From positions 23,374,001 through 23,438,000 of the forward strand of contig OX597831.1 of the NCBI GenBank assembly GCA_951406725.2: a DNA stretch of 64,000 nucleotides, in the 5' to 3' direction. Position numbers and translations under genes: made by a program. Source of the DNA: Octopus vulgaris. Its lineage: Eukaryota. The notes beneath the pieces were generated by a model. It saw only the letters and a program-made list of their open reading frames with translations. It had not been told where the DNA came from and did not search any database. Within the stretch, counting starts at the first letter, position 1; each line of letters starts with the position of its first letter. Of this stretch, positions 52,731-64,000 are shown piece by piece.

Positions 52731-54325
52731 GTATCCTTGTGTGTATGTGTATGTGTATGTGTGTGTGTGTGTGTGTGTATACACACAGCTTGCTGAATTC
52801 TTCCAAACCATCTAACCTATGTTTATATATATATATATATGGAAAACGGACGCTAAACGATGATGATGATGATGATATATACACACACATACATATATAT
52901 ATATATATATGCATACATTTATTCACGCTAATGTCAAACAATGAGAATGAAAACTTAACATCATATGGGTGAATAAATATTTTCTATTTGTGGGTTAAGA
53001 AGGCAACTAATGAAGAGATCTTCACTGTTGTTCAAATGTACCCCATAGAAGTGTTGGTACTTGTTTCCATTTTGGATGAGAATACATGAGTTACACAAGA
53101 TTGAACAGGATTTTAAAATAAGTACATGTATCACAGGAAACATTTAATGGGAATATATTACATTGCCCCTAGATTTTTAAAAGAAATATATATTTACATA
53201 TATATGTATATTTATAAAAAAGTATGTGCACACACATACACACACACACACACACACATGCATATATTTATAAATATGGTCATGCATGAATGTTCTCACA
53301 AAGGATAATTAGAGGAATACAGTTTCTTTCAAAAATCCAAGGCTAAGCATAAGAGACAACAATTATGATATTCTCATAAGTTACCTCCCACGATCTATGT
53401 ATTTAGTTTGAAATCCCATTCAGTCTTAGGTAATCTCATGTATTCTCATCTAAAATGGAGATGACTATGAACCCTTCCACATAGGAAAACTTGGACAATA
53501 GTGAAGATTTCTTGAAATCATTGGTTGCCTTAACTCACAAATAAAGTAAGCATGCATCTGTGGCTTTGGTTCAAGATACTTTATGCCTTGAAAATCACAA
53601 TCAAATACCTTACAAATGTTTTACCTTCTATGAAATAAGAGGTTTAAGAAATTGGCAGGTAAATTCTATGTAATCCCTTGATTTGCTTATTGTAGCTAAC
53701 AAATCTCCTTCAGCAATCATCCAACTATGTTTAATAGAGAGAGGGCCACACAGTCTACATCTTTAGCCTGTGAATTACAGACTCGTTAATGAAAGCCCTT
53801 TGTTTGTGATCAGATGATGACTACTGATTGGATGAACTGTCTGGTTTGTTTAATAATCCGCAATCGAGGCCTACTCAAGCAGATATGACTGAAGCCACCC
53901 TATTGTAACAAGTGGCAACAACAAAAATGACAGCAACAAAGAAGGCAAGAAACTGTTGATGGTAGGAAAATATAATAATCATCATAATGCAGTCGCTGGT
54001 TTATCTTTTCTGTTTACGCAAACTATTATCTGAGCAAAGTTTATTAAGAAAATGTAAATATAATCACTCTGTCTATATACATGAATATACGTATATTTGT
54101 GTACATATATATATATAGATATATATGTATATATGTATGTATATATATATGTATGCATATATATATATGTATGTATATATATATGTATATGTATGCATAT
54201 ATATATATGTATGTATGTATAAATGTATATATATGTATATATTTATGTTTATTTATATATGTATATATATATATATATATATATGTAGTGTATATATACA
54301 TACATACATATATATATACATATAC

Positions 54326-54380
<55 letters not shown>

Positions 54381-54573
54381 CATAATATTTAGGTCTCATT
54401 CATTCTTTTGTTGTCATACTATTACTATTAATATATATATATATAAATAGATATATAAGTATATATATATGTGTATATATATATACACACATGTTTATTT
54501 GCATATCTATATATGTGTGTATATGTACACACACATATGTGTGTATATATATACGTATATGTATATATATACG

Positions 54574-54620
<47 letters not shown>

Positions 54621-55078
54621 TTACGTATATGAACAATTACAAAGCCAACAAAACACATTATGTGATTGTTAGAAGAAGTAATATAATTTCCATGCTCCCC
54701 TGCACACATGACATTTGCCAATATCATATTATAACTTGATGGTGATTTAAGTAATTGTTGTTGGCAAACTGTAAAAATAAATGTATCCTAATAATTCCTG
54801 AATGCATCTATGCAAGTACAATGTAGCAGATTGTGGTAAGCTCCTATGGAGCTTAACTAGAGATCTGGTTTCAATTCTTGGCAGGAGGTAGCTATTTCAA
54901 ATCTATTCACCTGATTTCCATTTTGAGTCAATGCAGTTTAGTCCAATTTAGCTGGATGGGTTTTCCTAAGATTCTCTTAGCCTCTTTTTTGATAATATGT
55001 AGGATAAGATAGGTTCTGGAAATGTTCTGGCTATGCTGTTTGAATTAAAGTTCATTGTTAGAATGAAGGCCATAACAT

Positions 55079-55305
55079 ACTCTTTTACTCTTTTACTTGT
55101 TTCAGTCATTTGACTGTGGTCATGCTGGAGCAACATCTTTAGTCGAGCAAATCGATCCCAGGACTTATTCTTTGGAAGCCTAGTACTTATTCTATCAGTC
55201 TCTTTTGCCGAACCGCTAAGTTACAGGAATGTAAACACACCAGCATCAGTTGTCAAGCAATGTTGGGGGAACAAATACAGACACACAAACATATACACAC
55301 ACACT

Positions 55306-55340
<35 letters not shown>

Positions 55341-55480
55341 GATGGGCTTTTTTCAGTTTCCGTCTACCAAATCCACTCACAAGGCTTTGGTTGACCCAAG
55401 GCTATAGTAGAAGATACTTGCCCAAGGTGCCACACAGTGGGACTGAACCTGGAACCATGTGGTTGGTAAGCAAGCTACTA
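55079..55480 (-). mobile_element. SINE family A
   Basis: Homology to other family A copies. Confidence 0.9.
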
Positions 55481-56404
55481 GCTGAATGATTCAATGATCA
55501 ATGCTCAGATGGATCATAAAAGCACACACTCCATTGGCTAGGCTGTGTGTTAAGAAGAACCAGCCACAGTTCTGCATTGTTTGTGTGTGTGCGTGCATGC
55601 GTGTGTGTGCAATTTATGTTAATCTCATTAGACCCTTTATGGACATACCTCTGTCAAAAACTTATCATCATCATTTTCATCATCACTTAATGCTTTCATA
55701 ATATGTACAGTGATTGCTTTATTCCTTAACCAATTTATTTTTACTGTTGTTAAAGGCAAGATTGGCATGTGTTGGACCGTTTGTCAGGAACTGAGAAGCC
55801 AGAGGACTGCACAAGGCTGCAATGTCTGCTTTGGCATGGTTCCTACAGCCAGACGCACTCCTTAATGCCAACCACTTTACAGAGTGTAGTGGGTGCCGTT
55901 TTCGTGGCACTGATACTACTAAAGTTACCCAGTATTTGGAAGACAAGGATTCTCTAGTGAGAGGGATGTAGTATTAAAGGGAGTGGAAATATATTATAGA
56001 GATAGAAGGGGTGTCTTACTGAAGTGCAAATACATATCTCCCCCAGCTTGAAAGAGAAGAAGAGGGAGACAATTAATGGGGCTTAGACTCAAGATACAAG
56101 CTGATTATGAGTGAGAGAGAGTTGGGGGGAATAGGGTTAGAGATCAATAAAATAAATACCAAATGGCAACACAGGATTGGCTTATATGATTGGTTAAAAT
56201 TATTGATGCAAGACAAGACAACTGACAGAATCTAGTTAGAGTTAGAAAAATTCTTAATCATTTAGCATTTAAACCAACCATATCCAGCCAAAATATTCTA
56301 CCGGTTTCATGTTGAAACTGATCAGATCTGACTTCTCAAAATTAACCTACAATATTATTCTAAAAATAAATACCCATGTCATTGAAAGTTCAAAGTTAAA
56401 AGAT

Positions 56405-56727
56405 GGGGGAGGCCCCCTTCGGTCATGAATGACCATGGGGATTGCACCTAGAAAGTTACCCTCCAAGATACAAGTCAGGGCAAGGTAGTTTATGGAAGGC
56501 CAGCAGTCGCCCATGCATACCGGCCTCCCCTCTCCACGCCACTGATGTTATCCAAGGGAAAGGCAAAGGCAGACAAAGCTTGGCACCTGTGATATCGCAA
56601 CTCATTTCTACAGATGAGTTAACTGGAGCAACGTGAAATAAAGTGTCTTGTTCAAGAACACAACACGCAACTCACAACCTCACGATCGTAGGCTCGATGC
56701 TGTAACCACTGAGCCATGTTCTTTCAC
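56405..56727 (-). mobile_element. SINE family C inserted in a piggyBac-like MITE
   Basis: TSD AAGTTAAAAGAT on both sides (~56393, ~56728). Confidence 0.85.
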
Positions 56728-57788
56728 AAGTTAAAAGATAATGTGCGACTAATTCAAGACAGCGTGAATAAATAAGCATAACTCCAGGGCTAAGTGAATG
56801 CACCAATGCTGATGAGAATTAAAAAGCACACAGCACACTCTATAAAGTGGTTTGCATAAGGAAGGGCATGCAGCTGTAAAATCCATGCCAAAACAGACAA
56901 TTAGAGGCCCTGGCTGGCCAGCTCCTGTCAAACTGTCCAACCTATGCCAGAATAGAAAATGGACATTAAAGGATAATGATAACTTCATTGAGTATTCTGA
57001 CTACTAAAGGGTTTAAAGATTTGGCATTAAACAGGCAAAATGAGAAGTGTAGAACAACGTGCAGTTTGTAGAAAATACAAAATGCCTCGAGCAGATATGA
57101 AATCATTAGTAATTGGTCGAATTCCTCAACTATTCTGCTGCCTCAGTCTATAGGCAAATTAACGATAAAGCTATTTATTTCATCAATTTCTCTATAAAAA
57201 TATTGGGCCTTTTTGTAGCAGATCAAAAGAAATATATTTAATTGGTTGAAATAGATTTTAAATAGCCCCATTATTGCATTGTTTTTATGAACGTTGGAAT
57301 AATTCCTAATAACTGCCTACAGAATTGGCAAAAAAATATTACTATGGTTATTTGGAACTATGTATACCATGATTAAAAATGGTAAATGAAACTGATTATA
57401 AATTGCAAATCTGCTGGCAATAAATTTGATTTTTCAGCAATATCATGTCCTTATTCTAAACTGAATAAAAGTTTATTGACAGACTGGCATTAATACAGAA
57501 TTTGTCAAATGACTTGGTCTTCATTATTTCTAAAACAACTATTGTAATCCTTTAATTAGAATTCGATAGTAAAATTTGGCTGACTATCAATTGTAACGGT
57601 CTTTATAAATTTTTTAGTTTTGCCAAATGAAATCAGTAAGGAAGTGACTATGGAGATTCTGGTTGTTTGTAAATTTCTGCGAGGTTAAAATTGCTTAAAA
57701 AAAAATGTGATTATCAGTTTTGGAAAAAAAACAGAAATAGAAAAAAATTCATATAAAAGCAGAAAATTGCTTATCTGTTAAACAATTA

Positions 57789-58295
57789 ATTCTGTTGTGT
57801 CTGGAGAGAGTCATTTTCTTTTTGTGCCTTATTATGTAACACACTCACTGGTAAAATTTCCTCTTTTTTTCTTATTTTTATTTTCCTAAAATTTTCGTTG
57901 TGTCTCACAACCTTTTTAATAGTTTCGACTCTCAGAACTATTGAAAAGGTTGCAAGACGCAACGAAAATTTTAGGACAATAAAAATAAGAAATAAGTGGA
58001 AATTTTACCGGTGAGTGTGTTACATTATAAGACACAAAAAGAAAATGACTCTCCCCAGACACAACAGAATATGCTTCAACACACAAACTCATATAAAGAA
58101 TCTTGCAAACCAAATCCAAAAACGAAATTAATTAATTGATAATTAAGATAGAATTGATCAAATTGTACAGCGTCCTGTTTAAATAGAGTACGGGTGAAAT
58201 TTGGTGAGACACAATAAAGGACAACAAAAAGGAATGACAACTTGGGTAAAACACGACCCCCACCAACACTAAGTACATTGATGTCTCTGTACATT
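57789..58295. mobile_element. Foldback element: ~280-bp palindrome (57789-58070) plus an asymmetric extension
   Basis: attctgttgtgtctgg..aaccttttt aatagtt / aactatt gaaaaggtt..ccagacacaacagaat; a partial arm copy lies at ~51155-51220. Confidence 0.8.
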
Positions 58296-59419
58296 CTATA
58301 TTTGCTCTCTTATTGTGTATTATCTCTTAATGTTGAGAGTAAATTTAAATTTACCAATGTATATCACTGAACGTTGGTTATCATTAAACTAGAAGAAAGA
58401 ATAGAGAAGCAACACGAATTTATTGTGGCTGTGATTCAAAGACACGTAGAGTTATTACCAGGAATAAAATACATAAAATTCATCTTATTTCAAATAGGCA
58501 GAGGAAAAAAAAAAAAGAGGAAGAAAAATGTTTGGATGCGATAAGATGGATATGAAGTTTTTATTTTACACATATAAGGTTGAACAGAGCAATTGAAAAG
58601 TATTCTAAAGACTTAGTCAATATAATACTATTTTTATTGCTTTCATCTGGTGCATCACTAAAATCAACATCAATTTACAAACTTGCATGATTGTGAAGCT
58701 TAAGTAGATAAGATGTTTGATACAAGAACATAAAAGGAAATTCTTTCAAAGTTTGGAGGTTGGATACTTCTGTTTTGTTTTTGTTTTTTTTTTTTTTTTT
58801 GTTTTTTTTTTACATTCACACAAATACGCCAAAATAAAACTGAAATGTTATAAATTCCTCTATGGATGACTGCACCTGTTATTGCATCACAAAACTGGTT
58901 TGTTACGCCATTCATTCACATCGAGTTCACACACTATTTTAAACAATGGCCATCCAGTTTTTTTTTTTTTAACGGTACTATGAAAAGTGTTATAATGTTG
59001 AGCCTTGCTTTTACAGCTTTGCAGAATTCCCTCGACAGAAAAAATTTTTTTAGGAAATGGTCAGGGAATGTTTTGTTTCAAAACTACTTGTAGTGTTCTA
59101 TTTTCTCAATGTATTCTTTGAACAGCACACTCTCAAGTGATGCTGATATAAATCCAGAGGAGAGAGAGAGAGAGAGATAAAACCCTTTTTATTCAAAAGC
59201 CACAGCAATAGAAATCATGTAATATCTTATCTTTAATTTTTTACTTGTTTCAGTCATTTGACTGCGACCATGCTGGGTCACTGCCTTAAAGAATTTTTCT
59301 AGTTGAATGAATTGACCCCAGTACATTCTTTTAAAGCCTGGTACTTATTTTATAGGTCCCTTTTGGGGACATAAACACAGCATTGTTAGTTGACAAGCGG
59401 TGGTGGGAGAACAAGTGCA

Positions 59420-60016
59420 GGATGGATAGATGGATAGAAAGAAAAACAGATGGTAATAGACAGACAGACAGACAGATAAATGGTTAGAAAGATAGATAAA
59501 CAGTTGGATGGATGAATAGATGGATGGATAGACAGACAGATAGATAAATAAATGGTTAGATGGATAAGATATGCAGTTGGATGTATGTATGTATGGATGG
59601 ATGGATGGATGGATGGATAAACAGACAAATAGATAGAGAGATATGTAAATAGATAGATTAGATAGGTAGATAGGTAGACAGAATGAATTAATGGATAGAT
59701 AAAGAAGTAGATAGACAGATGGTTGGATGGATGGATAGGTAGATGGATGGCTAGATAGATTGATAGACAAGCAATTGGATAGCTACCTAGAGAGATAGAT
59801 ATAGATAGATGGATAAATAAATGGATGGATAGATAGATGAGCAGATAGAAAGATGGATGAATGAATGGATGGATGGATAGATAGATAGATAGACAAATAG
59901 ATAGATTGATAGATAGACAGACAGGCAGATTAATAGATGGATAGATAGATAGACAGGCACACAGATTAATAGATAGACAGACACACAGATTAATAGATAG
60001 ATAGACAGACAGATTA

Positions 60017-60062
<46 letters not shown>

Positions 60063-60095
60063 TGATAGATAGATAGACAGACGGACAGATGGATG

Positions 60096-60168
<73 letters not shown>
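59420..60168. repeat. GATA/GGAT/GACA tetranucleotide microsatellite
   Basis: Seen directly. Confidence 0.97.
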
Positions 60169-60725
60169 CATGAGGTTGCTTATGTAAGAGTGCTTGGACA
60201 ATTCAATTTCTTAAAATCCAACTTCTAATCAGTGTAAGTATTCTAGAAACAGATGAGTTGGCAGGAAAAAATAATGAATTTGAGCAAATATCTACAAGGT
60301 GAGATGTAGAATTGTCCATGCTTCTTTATTTATAAATATAGATATAAACACACACTTATATATGTTTCGACTGTGTGTGCTCTGACTTTAGATCCTGTTG
60401 AAGTCAAATTTTCTGTTCATTCTTTCAGCTCAATAGAAATAGACCATTTCAAAGTGGAACTGTTCCAATTCTGAGTTGAAAACCTGTTATGAAATACATG
60501 GAGGGTAGAATTAACCTCTGGTTCTTGGAGGATCTCATTAGATTTCCCTCTAGTGCAAGCCTCCAGTTCAAGAATTCCTTCCTTCCTTGCTGATATTAGT
60601 CTCAAAGGGTTTATAATGGCCACAGGAAGTTTGAGTTTTAAAAAGTAATAAAAACCATATATTCATACATATATACATATAGACAGATATATATATTGAG
60701 AGAGAGAAAGAGAGAGAAAGAGAGA

Positions 60726-61088
60726 TGTGGCCAATGCCTGCGCCGCCTTGACTGGCTTCTGTGCCGGTGGCGCGTAAAAAGCACCATCTGAACGTGGCCG
60801 ATGCCAGCACCGCCTTGACTGGCTTCTATGCCAGTGGCATGTAAAAAGCACCAACCGATCGTGGCTGTTTGCCAGCCTCGTCTGGTACCTGTGCAGGTGG
60901 TACGCAAAAAGCACCCACTACTCTCACGGAGTGGTTGGCGTTAGGAAGGGCAACCAGCTGTAGAAACATTGCCAGATCAGACTGGAGCCTGGTGCAGCCT
61001 CCTGGCTTTCCAGACCCCGGTCGAACCGTCCAACCCGTGCTAGCACGGAAAACGGACATTAAACGATGATGATGATGATGATGATGAT
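60726..61088 (+). mobile_element. RTE 3' UTR with internal repeats and a (GAT)n tail
   Basis: Same family as 30319 and 44199. Confidence 0.85.
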
Positions 61089-61119
61089 TCATATATTTCT
61101 ACCTGCATAGAGTAAAATA

Positions 61120-61275
61120 ACTTTGTTCTCTCTCTCTCCTGAAGAAGTGTGTCTGCTTGAAATGTTAAACCATCTTTCTTTCCTTCCCTGAGTGTCTGCT
61201 AATACTTTACATGTACCAAGTCCACATACTGTTGTTTTTTTTTTGTGTATGTTTGTTCTTCTTTATGGGATTTAC
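61120..61275 (+). mobile_element. Family P copy with a hammerhead-like motif (61139-61170)
   Basis: CUGAAGA agugugucugcuu GAAA uguuaaac followed by ctttctttccttccctgag, as in the 4183 and 11345 copies. Confidence 0.6.
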
Positions 61276-62029
61276 TATATATATATAAATATGAGGATGT
61301 TGTTATTGGCATTGCATTTATTAACTGGCTACAGTTTCACTAACAGATAGAATAAATAAATCATTTAACATGCTGCGATTAATATAAACAATGATTATGT
61401 AATTTCATGTGGCATTAAATGGAGCCTAATTCTGTGATGTAATTGTGAAGGTGGATGAGAGGCGCTATGCTTGCATTTTGATGAATACCTTTATAAAGAG
61501 AATAAGTGGGAATAGCTTAGAATATCACACCATGAAATTAATCACTTTGACATGTCGATAGAAAGGTGCAAAGTAAATTGATTGAAATGACAGACTGTCT
61601 TGTATAATAGGAGATAAATTGATTGTGGTACCGGGCATAATAACTTAGGCATGACTAGGGATATCAAAAGTGGATAACTATCTGTGCAAAGAGAATGGCA
61701 TTTAGCTTAGGGTAGTAGCAACACAATAGTATCTAAAAAGGGCATTATTTAAGGGGAAAAAGGTAAGTCAGAAGTAAGATGTAAGGAAGTAAGGTGATAT
61801 TAAAAAAATAGAAGGAAGAATGAAGATTAAAATATACAAAGACCCCTTTTGGTCATGAAATGCCAGATAAGCACTTCATGTAATTGACGGCTGATGTAAT
61901 CAGTGTACTGCCACTCCAAAATTGCTGGCTTTGTGCCAGAATTTGAAACTAGTATATTATGTCAGAATAAAAGACTTGTTGGACACCTGTGATACACTGA
62001 TATGCTGGATCAAAGTTAAAGGGTAAAGC

Positions 62030-62705
62030 TCCACTTTTAGTCATGAATGACCATGGGATTGCACCTAAAAGGTTAGCCTCCAAGGCACAAACCCAGGCAA
62101 GGTTGTTTGTGGAAGACCAGCAGTCGCCCATGCATACCAGCTTCCTCTCTCCATGCCAAGGGAAATCAAAAGCTGATACAGCATGGCACCAGTGACGTCA
62201 CAACTCATTTCTACCGCCAAGTGGACTGCCGCAATGTGAAATAAAGTGTCTTACTCAAGAACACAATACACAGACCAGTCCCAGAATCAAACTCACTACC
62301 TCATGATTGTGAGCCTGATGCTTTAACCACTGAACCATGCTTTTTTTTTCTACCCCCTTCGGTCATGAATGACCATGGGATTGCACCTAGAAAGTTACCC
62401 TCCTAGACACAGGACCGGGCAAGGTTGTTTATGGAAGACCAGCAGCCACCCATGCATACCGGCCTCCCCTCTCCACGCCACCAGTGTTATCCAAGGGAAA
62501 TACAAAGGTCGATACAGCTTGGCACCAGTGACGTCGCAACTCATTTCTACAGCTGAGTGAACTGGAGCAACGTGAAATAAAGTGCCTTGCTCAAGAACAC
62601 AACACGCAGCCTGGTCCGGGATTCGAGCTCACAACCTCACGATCGTAAGCTCGATGCTCTTACCACTGAGCCATGCGCCTTCACTTCTGAACCATGCACC
62701 TTCAC
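62030..62705 (-). mobile_element. Family C SINE containing a younger family C copy (62341-62686)
   Basis: 11-bp TSD CTGAACCATGC (62330-62340, 62687-62697) and a poly-A tail (poly-T on the plus strand). Confidence 0.9.
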
Positions 62706-63200
62706 AATAAAAAAATATACCGGAAGAAAATCATGAAGAATAGAAAGATATAAAAATGCATAATTAAAGAGACTGATTAATTTTATATTAGAGAAGAACA
62801 GCAGGTCAATTCATTGCCCAAAAATCAGGACACAAATATATAAATACAATACAGTATAAAAAAATATGATAATATAAAAAAAAATATAATTATTGTTATT
62901 TATTAGAATGGTCATCTTTTGTCAATAAAACACATATTATTTATTTGATCTTCCCTTTATTATCTCTCTTTATTGCCCGCAGGTGGTGGATAAACAAGAG
63001 GGGACAAACAAAGGGTTTAAGTTGATTACATCGGCCCCAAAATCTGTCTTCGGGATATGCCAGCAGTGTATCACCAACTGCAGTTGATGTCCCATTTTTT
63101 TTTTTTTCTTTTTTCTCCTTTTATAGGAGTGGCTGTTATAACAAAAAAAATATGTATAGAAAAAAGTTACAAGTTTATTATAGATCTCACCTTATATACT

Positions 63201-63503
63201 GCATGGCTTAGTGGTTAAAGGGGCTGGGCTCATAATCTTGAGGCAGTGAGTTTGATTCCCAGACTAGGCTGCATGACACTTTATTTCATGTTGCTCCAGT
63301 TCACTCAGCCATAGAAATGAGTTGTGACAGCCAAGCTGTATCAGCCTTTGCCTTTCCCTTGGATAACACCAGTGGCATGGAGAGAGGAGACTTTTATGCA
63401 TGGGTGACTCCTGGTCTTCCATAAACAAAATTGCCCAGACTTGTGCCTCGGAGGGGAACTTACTAGGTGCAATCTCATGGTCATTCATGACTGAAGGGGG
63501 GTC
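63201..63503 (+). mobile_element. SINE family C
   Basis: gcatggcttagtggttaa..gtgagtttgattccc head; reverse complement of the 62352 copy. Confidence 0.85.
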
Positions 63504-63823
63504 CTTTATAAAGATTTACGTACTTGTGTGTGTTTGTGCGTGTGTGTATTTTATTTAAAAGCTTACACTCCAATCCTTTGAAGTCCTGGTTATCCTCAGA
63601 CAGCTGAGGATGGCCAGTGGTTAAATCAAATCTTTAGATAAACATGGAAATTTACTCTCATATTTTGTCTGGAGTACTGTTTATGGAAGTAACACATTTC
63701 ATTTGACCTAAATTTAGTGAAGTAAACATTTAATGTGTGTGTATGTGCATACATATATACATATATTTATATATATATATAAGTGTTTGTGTGTGTGTAT
63801 ATACATATATATGTATATATTTG

Positions 63824-63866
<43 letters not shown>

Positions 63867-64000
63867 ATATATATATAGATAGAAATAGATACATAGATAT
63901 GTATGTTTGTATGTGTGAGTGTGTAGTGGAGAATTCCTGTCTGAGGAAACGTACATCTACCTACATGCGATGAAGAATATTTCGACAACATATTGCTTTC

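Noticed and set aside
59386-60201. 271-aa LSIY-repeat ORF
   Set aside because: Translation of the GATA tetranucleotide microsatellite.

Overview
AT-rich, microsatellite-dense eukaryotic DNA. The repeat families and the TA/CAT/TAA microsatellite load look like an octopus (coleoid cephalopod) genome; this is pattern recognition, not a database result. I find no intact host gene, so the window is probably intergenic or a large intron. Almost all predicted ORFs are artefacts of simple repeats or SINEs. Contents, using my own family labels: (1) many tRNA-headed SINE copies (families A, B, C) and a SINE-like family H, several with clear TSDs and nested insertions; (2) 5'-truncated RTE-clade LINE ends whose 3' UTR holds an expandable ~55-63 bp repeat; (3) two fragments of RLE-type (R4/Dong-like) non-LTR elements; (4) a fragmented hAT transposase fossil at ~20.4-25.4 kb with an internal ~250-bp triplication; (5) hAT-, mariner- and piggyBac-like MITEs. 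The most interesting signal is about ten minimal type-I hammerhead-ribozyme-like motifs (CUGANGA - stem II - GAAA - short palindrome - UH), mostly degenerate, in several short non-coding repeat families. Two sit in foldback elements, and one of those (29544-30070) has a tRNA-like core and a 13-bp TSD. This suggests non-autonomous, ribozyme-bearing, Penelope-mobilised SINE-like elements. There is also a 399-bp templated duplication with template-switch junctions and several long inverted SINE pairs that could be ADAR substrates.
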